Source: Chiloscyllium plagiosum (Eukaryota). From it: DNA of 64,000 nucleotides. The notes under the pieces are model-generated. The model was not told the origin of the DNA and searched no databases. It saw only the letters and a program-made list of their open reading frames with translations. Both the position numbers and the translations under genes were made by a program. Numbering within the stretch: the first letter of the stretch is position 1; the number at the start of each line of letters is the position of its first letter. This document shows positions 12,952 through 24,989 of the stretch, piece by piece. The DNA lies in contig NC_057719.1 in assembly GCF_004010195.1 (NCBI RefSeq), positions 29,426,822 to 29,490,821 on the forward strand, in the 5' to 3' direction.

Positions 12952-15847
12952 CATAGAACATTCCAGCGCAGTACAGGCCCTTCTACCCTTGATGTTGCGC
13001 CAACCTGTAGTACCACTCTGAAGCACATCTAACCTACACGATTCCAATCTCGGTCATATGACCGTCCAATGACCATTTAAATGCCCTTAACGTTGGTGAA
13101 CCTAGCACTATTGCAGGCAGTGCATTCCACACCCCTACTACTCTCCAAGTAAAGAAACTACCTCTGACATGTGTCTTATATCTATCACCCTGCAATTTAA
13201 AACTTTTTCCCCTCGTGCTAGCCATCACCATCCGAGGAAAAAGACTCTCACTGTCCAACCTATCTAACCTTTGATTATCTTATATATCTCAATTAAGTCA
13301 CCTCTCAACCTTCTGTCTAACGAAAACAGTCTCAAGTCCCTCAACGTCTCCTCGTAAGACCTTCCCTCCATACCAGGCAACATCCGACTAAATCTCCTAT
13401 GAACCCTTTCCAAGGCTTCCATATCCTTCCTATAATGCGGTGACCAGAACTGCATGCAGTACTTCAAATGTGGCCGCATCAGAGTTTTGTACAGCTGCAG
13501 CATGACCTCATGATTCCGAAACTCAATTCCTCTATCAACAAAAGCTAACACACCATATGCCTTCTTAACAACCCTGTCAATCTCGGGGGCAACTTTCTTG
13601 GATCTAGGCACATGGACACGGAGATCTCTCTGCTCATCTACACTACCAAGAATCTTATCATTAGTCCAGCATTCTGCATTCCTGTTACTCCTTCCAAAGT
13701 GAATCACCTCACATTTTTCCGCATTGAACTCCATTTGTCACCTGTCAGGCCAGCTCTGTAACTTATCTATGTCCCTCTGTAACATCCTTCGTCACTATCC
13801 ATAACTCTACCGATCTTTGTGTCATCCACAAATTTACTAACCCATCCTTCTATGCCCTCATCCAGGTCATTCATATAAATGACAAACAACAGTGGACCCA
13901 AAACAGATCCCAGAAGTAACTGAACTCCAGGACGACTATTTCCCTTCAACCACTTCTTTCAGCTAGCCAATTTCTGATCGAAACCACTAAATCACCCTCA
14001 ATCCCATGCTTCCATATTTTGTGCAATAGCCTACCGTGGGGAACCTTATCAAATGCCTTACTGAAATCCCTATACACCACACCAAATGCTTTTCCCAAAT
14101 CTACCTGTTGGGTCACCTTCTCAAAGAACTTAATAAAGTTTGTGAGGTACCACCTACTTTTCACAAAACTGTGTTAACTATCCCTAATCAACGTATTAAT
14201 CTCTAGATGATCATAAATCCTACCTGTTATAACCCTTTCCAACACTTTACCCACAACCGAAGTAAGGCTTTCAGGTCTATAATTTCCAGGGTTGGCTCTA
14301 CACCCCTTCTTGAACAAGGGAACAACGTTTGCTGTCCTCCAGTCTTCTGGCACTATTCCTGTAGACAATGATGACTTAAAGATCAAAGCCAGAGGCTCGG
14401 CAATATCCTCCCCGTCTTCTCAGAGAATCGTAGGATAAATCCCATCTGGGCCAGGGGACTTAGCTAATTTTACACTTTCCAAAATTGCTAACACCTCGTC
14501 CTTATGCCCCTCAATCCCATCTAATCTCGTAGCCTATTTCTCAGTATTCTTCTCTTTTTCTAGTGTGAATAATGACAAAAAGTATTCATTTAGTGCTTCC
14601 CCTATCTCCTCTGACTCTACACACAATGTCCCACTACTATGCTTGATTGGCCCTAATCTTACTCTAGTCATTCTTTTATTCCTGATATAGCTATAGAAAG
14701 CCTGAGGGTTTTCCTTGATGCTATCCACCAATGACTTCTCATGACCCCTCCTGGCTCTTCTTAGCTCTCTCTTTAGGTCTTTCTTGTAACTCTCAAGCAC
14801 CATAACTGAGCCATCACACCTCATCCTAACATCAGCCCTCTTCTTCGTCTTTATAAGAGATTCAACTTCCTTAGTAAACCACAGCTCCCGTGCACACCAA
14901 CTTCTTCCCTGCCTAACCAGTATATACTTATCAAGGACCCGCTGTACTCGGTCCTTGAATAAGCTCCACTTTTCCATTGTGCCCATCCCCTGCTGTTTCC
15001 TTCCCCATCCTATGCATCCTAAATCTTGCCTAATTGCATCATAATTGCTTTTCCCCCAGCTATAACTCTTGCCCTGCAGTATATACCTATCCCTTTCCAT
15101 CACTAAAGTAAAGATAACTAAATTGTGGTCACTATCACCAAAGTGCTCACCTACCTCCAAATCTAACACCTGGCAGGGTTCATTACCCAGTACCAAATCT
15201 AATATACCTTGCCCTTGTTGGCCTGTCTACATACTGTTTCAGGAAACCCTCCTGCGTTGGACAAAAACTAACCCATCAAAAGTACTTGAACTTTAGTATT
15301 CCCAGACAATATTTGGAAAGTTAAAGTCCCCCATAACCACCACCCTGTCACTCCCACTCCTATAGAGGATCATCTTTGCTATCTTATCCTCTACATCTCT
15401 GGAACTATTTGGAGGCCTGTAGAAAACTCCCAACAGGATAACCTCGCCTTTCCTGTTTCTAATCTCAGCCCATGCTACCTCAGTAGAGGAGTCCTCAAAC
15501 ATCCTTTCTGTAACCATAATACTGTCCTTGACTAACAGTGCTACACCACCCCCTGTTTTACATTTTCTCTGTTCTTACTGAAACATCTAAATCCTGGAAC
15601 CTGCAACAACCATTCCTGTCCCTGCTCTATCCATGTCTCCGAAATGGCCACAACATCGAAGTCTCAGGTACCAACCCATGCTGCAAGTTCACCCACCTTA
15701 TTCCGGATGCTCCTGGTGTTGAAGTAGACATACTTCAAACCAACTCCTTGTCTGCTGGTGTCTTCTTGCGATCTTGAAATCTTAGTTCTGACTTCACTAC
15801 TCTCCTCCTCCCGTATATTCGAGCTACAGTTTTGGTTTCCATCCCCC
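12952..15847 (-). mobile_element. CR1 LINE ORF2 (EN+RT, decayed) nested between INT and RT of Gmr1 copy 1
   Basis: GVFYRPP/MGDFNFP, SDHN, NYRPESLTS, DFSKAFD, SKFVDDTK; the flanks rejoin as in copy 2 (cagtaactaacatctg). Confidence 0.92.
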
Positions 15848-18826
15848 TAATTAACACCTGTTTCTCCAGTTCTTTTTCTCTCATATAATATGGTTTCAAC
15901 ATTTCACATAAAATACTCAATACCTTTTTTTCTTTCTGGCATCTTTACTAGGTAGTTCACCTGACCCAACTTTTTCTCAATTGATAGTGACCGCTAAACC
16001 TGGCTTTGAAGGGATCTCCTGTAACTGGTAACAGTAGTAACATGTCATCCCCTTGGGAAAATATCCGAGTCTCAGAGCTTTTATCTGCCATCCGCTTCAT
16101 TCTATACTGCGTCCTGTTTAGGTGCTGTTTAGCTAACTCACCTATTCTAGTCTCTCTCTCACCTCCAATACATAAGTGTGAGATCTCCGACTTTGGTCCT
16201 GTCAATTTTTCTTTAATTAATTTCAAAGGGCCTCTCACTTCATGACCGAATATTAACTCAAAGAGAATGAACTGAGTAGATTCATTTGGGGCATCTCTAA
16301 TGGCAAACAATATGAGTGGTATACCTTTATCCCAATCATTTGAGTAATCCTGACAGTTTGCTCTCAACATGGTCTTCAAGATCTGATGCTACCTTTCTAA
16401 AGCTCCCTGGGATTCAGGATGATACGCGCTGGATTTAAAGAGCTGTGTACGTAAGCTCTCCATAATCTCCTCAAAGGGCCTAGCAGTAAAATTTGATCCT
16501 TGGTCCAACTGAATCTCTCTGGGTAGCCTATACTCTGTGAAGAAAGCTACTAACTCCTCGACTATCCTTTTTGCCTTGATACTCAGTAATGGAATTGCCT
16601 CCGGAAATATGGTAGACACATCCATTATGGTTAACAAGTACTGGTTCCCACTTTGAGTTCTTGGGTGGGAACCTACACAATTAATTATAACCTGTGTGAA
16701 AGGTTCTTCAAATGCAGGAATTGGTAACAAAGGTGCTAGTTTTATTACTGCCTGTGGCTGACATACCATTTGGCATGTATGAGACTATCGGCAAAAGTTA
16801 ACCACATCCTTGTGCATTCCAGGCCAATAAAAATGTTTTTGTACCTTAGCCTGAGACATTTATACCCCTAGGTGATGTCCTACTGGTGGTTCATGTGTTA
16901 CCCGTAGCACCTCCTATCTGTATGCTACCGGCATGACAATCTGGTGCACTTCAGCCTGTTTCTCCTCTGCACTAACCTGCTGTGGTCTCCATTTCCATCT
17001 TAGGATTCTATCTTTCAGATAGTAACCCTCTGAAATATTCTCTGCCTCCTTTCTGGAGTATGCATCCACATATATATCTTTCATTGTCTTGACCTGCTGT
17101 TGCAAGTCTCTTACCTTTTCAGGACCAAACACTTCTGTCTGATTCTCTGCCTGTTCAGGTTCTTCCTACACCATTACGTCAAATAGGGTATTTGCTAAAT
17201 GAACCTCAACTTCTTGATCTTTCTGTTTACTTTTCACTTCGTGCTGCAATTTATGATAGTGGAATCCAAATACCACACAATCTGGGAAAAATACCAGGAT
17301 ATTTCTCTTTTAACACCTCCGTTTCTAGGTGTTTCTTGGGCTTCTCTACAACAAGGGGTGTCACTTCCACCTTGGATCCTGCCAAACCATTCCCAAGAAC
17401 AAATTGAATTTCTGGAACTGACTCTCTGTCAGTCTCTGTAACTTCACCAGTCTTGAGTTGGCACTCCAACCTGATTTTACATAGGGGAATGCAAACTTTC
17501 TGTCCACCTATCCCACAAATTACCACACTTTCGGGTAACAGATCAGAAAGAGTGCATATTCGCTCATCCCTTACTATCAGTGACTGGTTAGATCCTGCAT
17601 CTCTCAAAATTATAACTTGTTGTCCTTCTCCCTCTGTTCGTTCTGAGTAAATTTTACCCACAGAGGCAAATTCTTTGTTGAAATCAGGTACTAACTTGAT
17701 ACCCAGCCCCTGCCTAGGCTGTGAGCTCCTCGGCTCTTCCTGGGGTCTCCTCTACTACGTTCAGTAATGCCATTGGCTAAACTTCTTTCACCACATCTTT
17801 TCCCACAGTGCCTTTCTTTAATGAACAGCGCTGTGATTTTACGTGTCCCACCTTCTGGTAGTGAAAACACCTTTTCCCAGAGCCCTTCTGAAACCACTGG
17901 CACTGTAGTTTTCTGTGTCCCACTCCATTATAGTGAAAACACCTCAGGCCTTTCACCTCATTTCCACCCTCTTGGGCTTCTTTTTATCCTATGGTAAATT
18001 CTTACCAGCGCTCTTAATTTTTGGTTTTGTAGTGTAGGATCTCCCCTTCTCCCTTCTCCCTTCTATCCCTCACATGATGAAATTCTGGCCAGAAGCTTGT
18101 CTTATGCACCAGCATCTGCTAATTCTGCTGCCCTTCTTGCTTCCTGAATTTCCTGTTCCTCCACATGAATTCTTACCATCTCTGGAAGTGGGTTTTTAAA
18201 CTCCTCCAGCAGAATAATCTCTTGTAGAGCCTCAAAGGTCTTATCTATTTTCAAAGCATGCACCCATCGATCAAAATGACTATGTTTAATTCTTTCGAAC
18301 TCAATGTAAGTCTGACCTGATTTCTTCTTTATGTTTCTGAACTGCTGTCTATATGCTTCTGGTACCAATTCATAAGCACTTAAATAGCCTGTTTAGCCTC
18401 TTCATAATCTCTTGACCCCTCATCTGACAGTGCAGCAAATATCTCACTAGCTCTGCCTACCAGTTTAGTCTGAACTAGCATTACCCATAAGTCCTCAGAC
18501 CACTCATCTGCCTAGACAGTTTTTCAAATGAAATAAAGAAGGCTTCAACATCTTTCTCATCAAAATGTGGTAGAGCTTTGACATATTTAAATATATCACT
18601 ACCTTCTCTTTTAATCTCCATCCTGTTAACTTGACTTTGCTTAATAAGTCACAATTTTTCAAATTCAAATTCTCTCTTTTTGGTCAGCTAAGAACTTTCT
18701 CTTTCTTTCTTTTCCCCCCTCTCTCTCCTCTTTTTCTCTCTCTTCTCTCTCCCTCTTTGCTCAGCTAAGAACCTTCCCTCTCTCTCTTTTTCCTCTCTCT
18801 CCCTCTCCTCTCTCTCTCTTTCTCTT

Positions 18827-19514
18827 TGAGGATCTGAAACCAGAATACAGGCTGAGGTAACTAGTTGTTGTCAGGAACAACCACTTAACAGATGTTCTTA
18901 ATAACTTAGCTGGCAGTAAAATGGCTTCTCAATGCAAATAATATGACAAAATGGCTTCTAGGCTGCAAACTGACAATTCTGCTAAAAGCTGCATAAAATG
19001 GCTTTTAATTCTGCTATAGCTGCATAATTGACGAACCATTGTTTGCTTCAATAGAGATTAGCAGACAATGCTCCCTTTACAGCATAGAAATAATTAGACT
19101 AGATAAGACATTACTGGCTATCCTAACTGACCTTCAAATGCAGGTGCAATGGCTCAGTTAGTGAGATAAGTGTGGCCGAAGTGTTGGAAAACAAAGTTGG
19201 TTCCCAGGAAATATCATTGGACCAAGTAACTGTCAAATAAAACAATATCATTTATTGATTGGTAATTGTCTGAATGGACTATGCCATCATAGCCTGTTCC
19301 TTCCTTGAAGAAAAGTGTAAAAATGTCTTTGTTTTAAGCCATGAGCGCAGCTCCTCTGGTGAACACAGAAGTGTATAACCTCCTGTGTTTCTGGACGATC
19401 TGTGCCCAACCGTATGAAGAAATAAAGAGTGAAGTCTTAAAGGACCAGACCAATTGCGAATGTTTATTAACCAATCGTGGAACCGAGAGACCCCGCCGGG
19501 GGTCCAGATCTTCA
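18827..19514 (+). mobile_element. Solo LTR (688 bp) with class I ERV-like termini, inserted in gag
   Basis: TGAGGATCTG...CAGATCTTCA inverted ends; AATAAA 19421-19426; flanks TCTT/CCTT; absent from copy 2 gag. Confidence 0.75.
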
Positions 19515-19844
19515 CCTTTGTTTCTCTTCTAACTCCATTTTCCTCAATTGTAATTTTAAGTTTTTCTACCTCTACTGCACTTCTGTGTTCTCTGACATAC
19601 CTAAGTGTTTGAGTAACTCTTTTATAATTTCAGCTTTACTTTTGTCAATAGTTAAACCCAAATCTAACTTAATTGCTAATTCTAAAAGTATTGCCTTTTT
19701 CTTGCCTTCTAAACTTTCTTGGCAAATTTGAGAATCATCTTCCACAATTTTAAGAGTAATTTCTCTCACTTCTAATTTAATCAACTACAAGTCACTGAAA
19801 TTAAACAAATTGTCTCACCCACGTTTTATTTAAAGATCTATGAC

Positions 19845-20144
19845 TTACAAGGATGCCTTCCTTGAAGAAGCTCTCTTCCTCCCTCTACAAAACTTACAAG
19901 GATGCCTTCCTTGAAGAAACTCTCTTCCTCCCTTTACAAACAAAGACTTCAACCTACTGCGAATCCTCTTACAAGGATGCCTTCCTTGAAGAAGCTCTCT
20001 TCCTCCCTCTACAAAATTCCTGAAGAAGGGCTTATGCCCGAAACGTCGATTCTCCTGTTCCCTGGATGCTGCCTGACCTGCTGCGCTTTTCCAGCAACAC
20101 ATTTTCAGCTCTGATCTCCAGCATCTGCAGTCCTCATTTTCTCC
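19845..20144 (+). mobile_element. Short Penelope-like insertion with hammerhead and 15-bp TSD
   Basis: TTAAAGATCTATGAC at 19830-19844 and 20145-20159; three ~48-nt repeats; hammerhead core 20020-20047; the empty site is visible in copy 2 near 31804. Confidence 0.88.
20016..20051 (+). ncRNA. Minimal type I hammerhead ribozyme motif
   Basis: AUUC-CUGAAGA-A-GGGC-UUAU-GCCC-GAAAC-GUC-GAUU; core intact, stem I has one mismatch. Confidence 0.75.
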
Positions 20145-20233
20145 TTAAAGATCTATGACACTAACCTACCAAGTGTTTAAATCTGGGGAGTTTTGTACCC
20201 CCAGATCTATTCAAATCTGTCTAAACCAGTTCA

Positions 20234-20254
20234 AATCCTGATGACGAGCCCCTA
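20234..20254 (-). promoter_or_regulatory. Primer-binding site, tRNA-Pro-like
   Basis: Minus strand TAGGGGCTCGTCATCAGGATT, 3 nt after the 5' LTR; resembles the tRNA-Pro PBS TGGGGGCTCGTCCGGGAT. Confidence 0.65.
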
Positions 20255-21869
20255 AACTGTTACGACACGAGGTAAACCCTCCTGCTCAATTTAACCCAGC
20301 AACACAGAAAGGATTTATCCCATGTTGTAATCTGTGAAAATTTGATAGGCAAAGAACTAGTTAAAGTAGAAATTACAACTTTATTTCTTAAAGTATACCA
20401 GAGCATAATTAACTAACAACTATTTACAACTCCTTCCACCAAACTATCTTTTACCTTCCCCTTCTACAATGTTAGTCTAATAAAACTCCCAATTATGATT
20501 TACAAAACAAAACTTACCTCAAAACCAGGCAGCTTTTGGTTCTTCTCTGTATTTCAGTCTTCTTTTCTTCTTCTTGGGGATTCTGCTTCACAGGTTACTG
20601 ATCAATAAAGGTACCATTGGGAAAGTGTTTTTTCATGCTGGTGGCTTGGCAGTTCTCCTCTCAACTATTCAATGTTCCCCAGTATTATACCCCCAAAGAT
20701 TTTGTCATTGGCTTTTAAGATTGTCAATATACAAAATTCAAACTGGATTGGAGTTTGGTATTTTTCGGGGTATGATTTAAACTGATTGGCCTAATACGAA
20801 TCTGTGTTTATGTTCCAGGCAACCAGCTAATTGAGTTGTTCGACCAAATGTTATTTTTTTTTTCAGAACAGTTTGTTCTGTCAGTTGGTTCTGTTGCTTT
20901 TAACTCTCTTAAAAGCACACACGTCTTCGTAACAGATTGCTTCCCCTAGTTCCTACTTGACCTGCTCTCTCTAAAGGCAACACATGCTCAGTTGCATACA
21001 TAACAAAAAGCACCCCTTCCACTCCGCACCAAATTCCCATGCTGCCTCCAAATTCCCTGAACTATATACTCACTTTGGCTGTGTTTTACTCCTGATATGA
21101 TCTGTCCTTCATGACTGAGTATGAAACAATTAAATGTTTTTAAAACTGATGTTCCTTTTAAACAATTTATGAACAGAATGGAAAACAATGTTGCATTTCA
21201 TTGGTGAAACTGATTTTATTTTGTCAGTCACCAACAAACTGGAAGAATAGTAAATTTTTTAATGAATAATTTGAATATTCCTGTATGCAAATGCTGCTTT
21301 TTTTTTTGCTGCTTTCAATTTCACTCATTTATGGTTTCCCTTTAGTTCCATGCCCTTTCTACCAGATTTCTCAAGCCTTTTGCATAACTAGGTTGTATTC
21401 TGTAATTTCCTTTTTATTGTTCACTGTATGAACAATTAATTTCTGTTTTTCATGAGATTTGCTCATTTTCTTTTAAAGAGGAGAAAAATAAAGTAACATG
21501 AATATAACTAATTTTGGTTTTTACTCTTTTCACCATATTAGTGTAGTTGTTTACATCATTGACCTTGTCAAGTAAGAAAACTTTGTTTGGAAAACTTTGC
21601 ATGTTAATTGCTATTATTGTTTCATGTACAAAAATTAAAAATAAATTGATTATTGTTTTAAAATGCTCCCAGAAAATACCTGAAAGATGTAAAATTTTAA
21701 CCATATGAATTGAACCAGGCTTTTTTCTTAACAAAAAATAGTTTAGAAATGAGCTTGTGATTTAATGAAATCTGGCCCTTTTGTGATTTCTACAATATTT
21801 CCAATTAAATAAACAAGAACACCATTTGACTGTCCTCCATGGTTTTAATAATTGGCAGCACTAATTATT

Positions 21870-22800
21870 CTTGGAGAATCAGTTTTAAAGGATAGGTCAA
21901 CAAAGATGCAGTGAAAGACTTTTAAGGTTATATTTCAGGATGCACAGAATGGATACATTCCAAAAAGTAAGAAACATTCCAAGCCACAGACCTGCCATTT
22001 GTGGTTAACTAGAAAGGTTAAACATAGTGTCAAACTTGAACCCCATGTGCAAAGACAGTAGCAGGTCTGTCAAATGACATTGGACAGAAATGTTTTTGCT
22101 TTATAGTAACAAAATCTAGCACAAGCGCAAAACAGAAATACTCAAGGATCGTAAGAGTTTCAATAAATACTTAAAGAAGAGTTAACAGAATGAGTTAGTC
22201 CTATAGAAAGTGAGTCTGGAGAAGTAATAATGGAAAAATTAGATGGCAGTTGACTTGAGCAGAGATTTTGCATTCAGTTTCAGTGTAGAGGATAAAAGTA
22301 ACATCTAGAAGCAGTGATATTTATGGAAATGAAAGGGAGAGAGGAACTCTGGAAAAGAACTTAAGTGGTGTTGAGAAAATTGATGGAGCTGATAATTGCC
22401 TAGATTTTGGATGTCATCCTAGGCTTTTAACTGAAGTCACTAGTAAGATAGTTACATTGGTTTGAATTTTCCAAAATGTCCATTGATTCATGGAATGTTC
22501 CATTTTTAGATTGGAAGATAACTAATGTAGTTCCTTTAGTCAAAAAGTGGAGATAAAAAGTGGGAAACTAGCCAGTTAACGTTTGTCTTCAGAGCAAATT
22601 TAAAACTGTTATTCAGGTGTTACAATAGGGAAGTAAAGTCCTTTTTGAATATTTTAAGGCAGAAATAGATATATCACTTGTTAAGTAAAGGGGTGGGGGA
22701 TTAGTGGTTGGGTGGGAATGCAGATTTGAAGTTACAATCTGATCAGAGGTGACTAAGGAAGCTTGGAACTGAGTGGCCTACTCCTTGCTTGTGTTTGCAA
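21870..22800 (+). mobile_element. Old, heavily decayed CR1-type LINE pieces
   Basis: Remnant motifs (gattggaagataactaatgtagttcctttagtcaaaa; tail gagtggcctactcc). Confidence 0.55.
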
Positions 22801-23281
22801 TTTTTTTTTAGTTTAGTGAGGCGGTGATGGTAGTTTTGACTTTTCCATGGAAATGGAACTCCTTTTTATACTGGTTTGTTTAAGATTTGGTAGATCAGTG
22901 TTTTAAATGGACTGTCATTACAGTTCTGCCAAATATAACCAAAGCTCTTATACTTTGAGCTATTACACATGGGAAGTTCAACATATCCTTTTCTAAGCTT
23001 CTTTAACATTTTCCACTTTTCTTACCCATTAAAATATGCAATGTTTGACATATTTAGAAATGAAAATCTTACTTATCTAAAGCATTTGCTGCTATCTACC
23101 GAACTACTTGAATTGTTATATTGCAGTTATATTGCTAATTGAACACCCAAGATCTGCTTTTTGTGAAACAAGACTGAAAATCCAAGGAAATTTTATTTGT
23201 TAAGCTAGGAAATAATCATAGCTTTTCATTTTCTTGTTTACTATGTCTTAGTAGCTTTGATCTTTCTTCTTTACTTTGCAG

Positions 23282-23521
23282 ATTGACATTTTGATCAACA
23301 ATGCTGGTCGTTCCCAACGCTCCTTATTCCTGGACACCAACCTTGATGTCTATGAAGCCATAATGCACCTGAACTTCCTTGGTACAATCTCGCTGACCAA
23401 ATGTGTGCTACCTTACATGATAAAGCAGGAGAAAGGACAAATAATCACTGTCAGTAGTTTGGCAGGTCTTGTTGCTGCCCCTATTTCTACAGGTTATGCA
23501 AGTAGTAAACATGCTCTTCAG
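23282..23521 (+). CDS. DHRS7: DHRS7 exon with the SDR catalytic motifs (human exon 4 equivalent)
   Basis: tttgcAG|ATTGAC...CTTCAG|GTgata; 240 nt, phase 0; IDILINNAGRSQRS...TVSSLAG...GYASSKHALQ contains NNAG, the catalytic Ser and YxxxK. Confidence 0.95.
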
Positions 23522-24409
23522 GTGATAATAATTGCATTCAGTAATTATTTTAGTTGTCACAAAGTTATCTAATTGACCTTTTCTTCACTGTTAATTTTCT
23601 GATGTCATGGTTCCTTTTCACAATTCTGTGCTATATTGAGTTAATTATTTTTAAAAGAGATGTATAAACATTATGTTAAATCATAGAACTAAAATGAACA
23701 ACAGTGATATGACTGTTTTAATTTTACTAAAGAAAATTGAAACGTCATTTTTAAAGTGATGTGATTTTTCAGTTAAAGCAGATTTGGTGTATACAGTTGA
23801 TCTTGTTTCTTTGCTGAGAATTCATAGGCTGATGTGAATTTGATGGGCTGAATGGCCTGCTTCCACACTGTATGAATTCTATAAGGTCACCTCTCAGCCT
23901 TTGATGCCCCAGGGTAGGAAAAAAAACCCAGCCTATTGAGCCTGTTCCCTGTAACTCAAACCCTCCAGCCTCAGCAACATTCTTGTAGATCTTTTCTGAA
24001 CCCTTTCAAGTTTGACAACATCTTTCGTATAGTAGTGAGACCAGAATTGATTGCGGTATTCTAAAAGTGGCCTCACCAATGTCTTCTTTGTTCTTTTTTA
24101 AAATTTTTACGAGCAGGAACAGTTTCTCTCTGTCTACTCTGTTCAGCCCACTCATGACTTTGTAAACCTGTACCAACTCTCCTCTCTACTGCCTTCTCCG
24201 AGGTGAACAGTGCTAACTTCTTCTTGCTATTCTCATTCGTGGAATCATTCTTGTAAATCACTTCTGCATTCATATCTTTTCTGTAATGGGGCACCCTGCA
24301 ATTATATACCATACTCCAGTTGAGGTCTAACAATTATCACCTTCTTGCTCTTGTACTCCATTCCCACCTTTTCAGTATAATGGCGAAAACACTGAACATT
24401 GACTGCTCT

Positions 24410-24985
24410 CAGGAGAATTACAAGGCCTTTTATGCATATATTAGAAGAAAGAGGGAAGCAAGGGAAAGAGTAGGCTCCGAGTCGGTAAAGTGTGGAGATG
24501 GCAAAAGCACAGCAATTCGAGCAGCATTAGAGGAGCAGGAGAGCCGACGTTTTCAGTTGGTACCCTTCACTCTGCTCTCCTGTCCCTCTGGTGCTGCTTG
24601 ACTTGCTGTACTTTTGCCAGCTCCACACTTTATTGACTCCGACTTTCCAGCATCTGCAGTCCTAACTATCTCCAAAGAGTAGGGCCACTCAGGCACTCAA
24701 GGACAAAAAGGAAGTTAAGCGAGGAGCTACAGGAAGTGGGAGAGATCCTTAATGAGTATTTTGTATTGATATTCACCAAGGAGAAGGACATGACTGACAT
24801 TGAGGTCAGAGATAAGTGTGTGAATATTCTAGAGAATGTCAATATATTGAAGAAGGCAGTTCTGGGTATCCTAAATTGCATTAAGGTAGACAAGTCCCCA
24901 GTGCCAGATGTGGATCTATCCTGGGTTACTGTAAGAGGCAAGGAAAGAAATAGCAAGGGCGTTAGCAGATAGCTTCACATGCTTT
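24410..24985 (+). mobile_element. CR1 ORF2 fragment interrupted by a PLE hairpin
   Basis: ENYKAFYAYIRRKREARERVG | GEILNEYFVLIFTKEK...DKSP. Confidence 0.75.
24479..24673 (+). mobile_element. Older fold-back PLE mini-insertion
   Basis: Inverted arms; end ccagcatctgcagtcctaactatctcc; flanking AAAGAGTAGG at 24465-24474 and 24674-24683. Confidence 0.7.
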
Positions 24986-24989
24986 TGAA

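Larger units (their letters stand above)
10247..20934 (-). mobile_element. Gmr1-like Gypsy LTR retrotransposon copy 1 (decayed, with four nested insertions)
   Basis: 5' LTR 20258-20934 (TGT...ACA), 3' LTR ~10247-11282, PBS 20234-20254, PPT next to 11283. Gag 19572-19784 and 18102-18600; PR ILRDAGS 17251-17661; INT 15957-17132; RT 12223-12902 (YLDN); RNase H 11454-12023. Confidence 0.92.

Noticed and set aside
19844..20015. Spaced direct repeats resembling a CRISPR array
   Set aside because: Eukaryotic context, no regular unique spacers, no cas genes; the repeats derive from the PLE.
10240..20940. TSDs for the two Gmr1-like elements
   Set aside because: The outer LTR ends are mutated and no convincing 4-5 bp duplication could be read.
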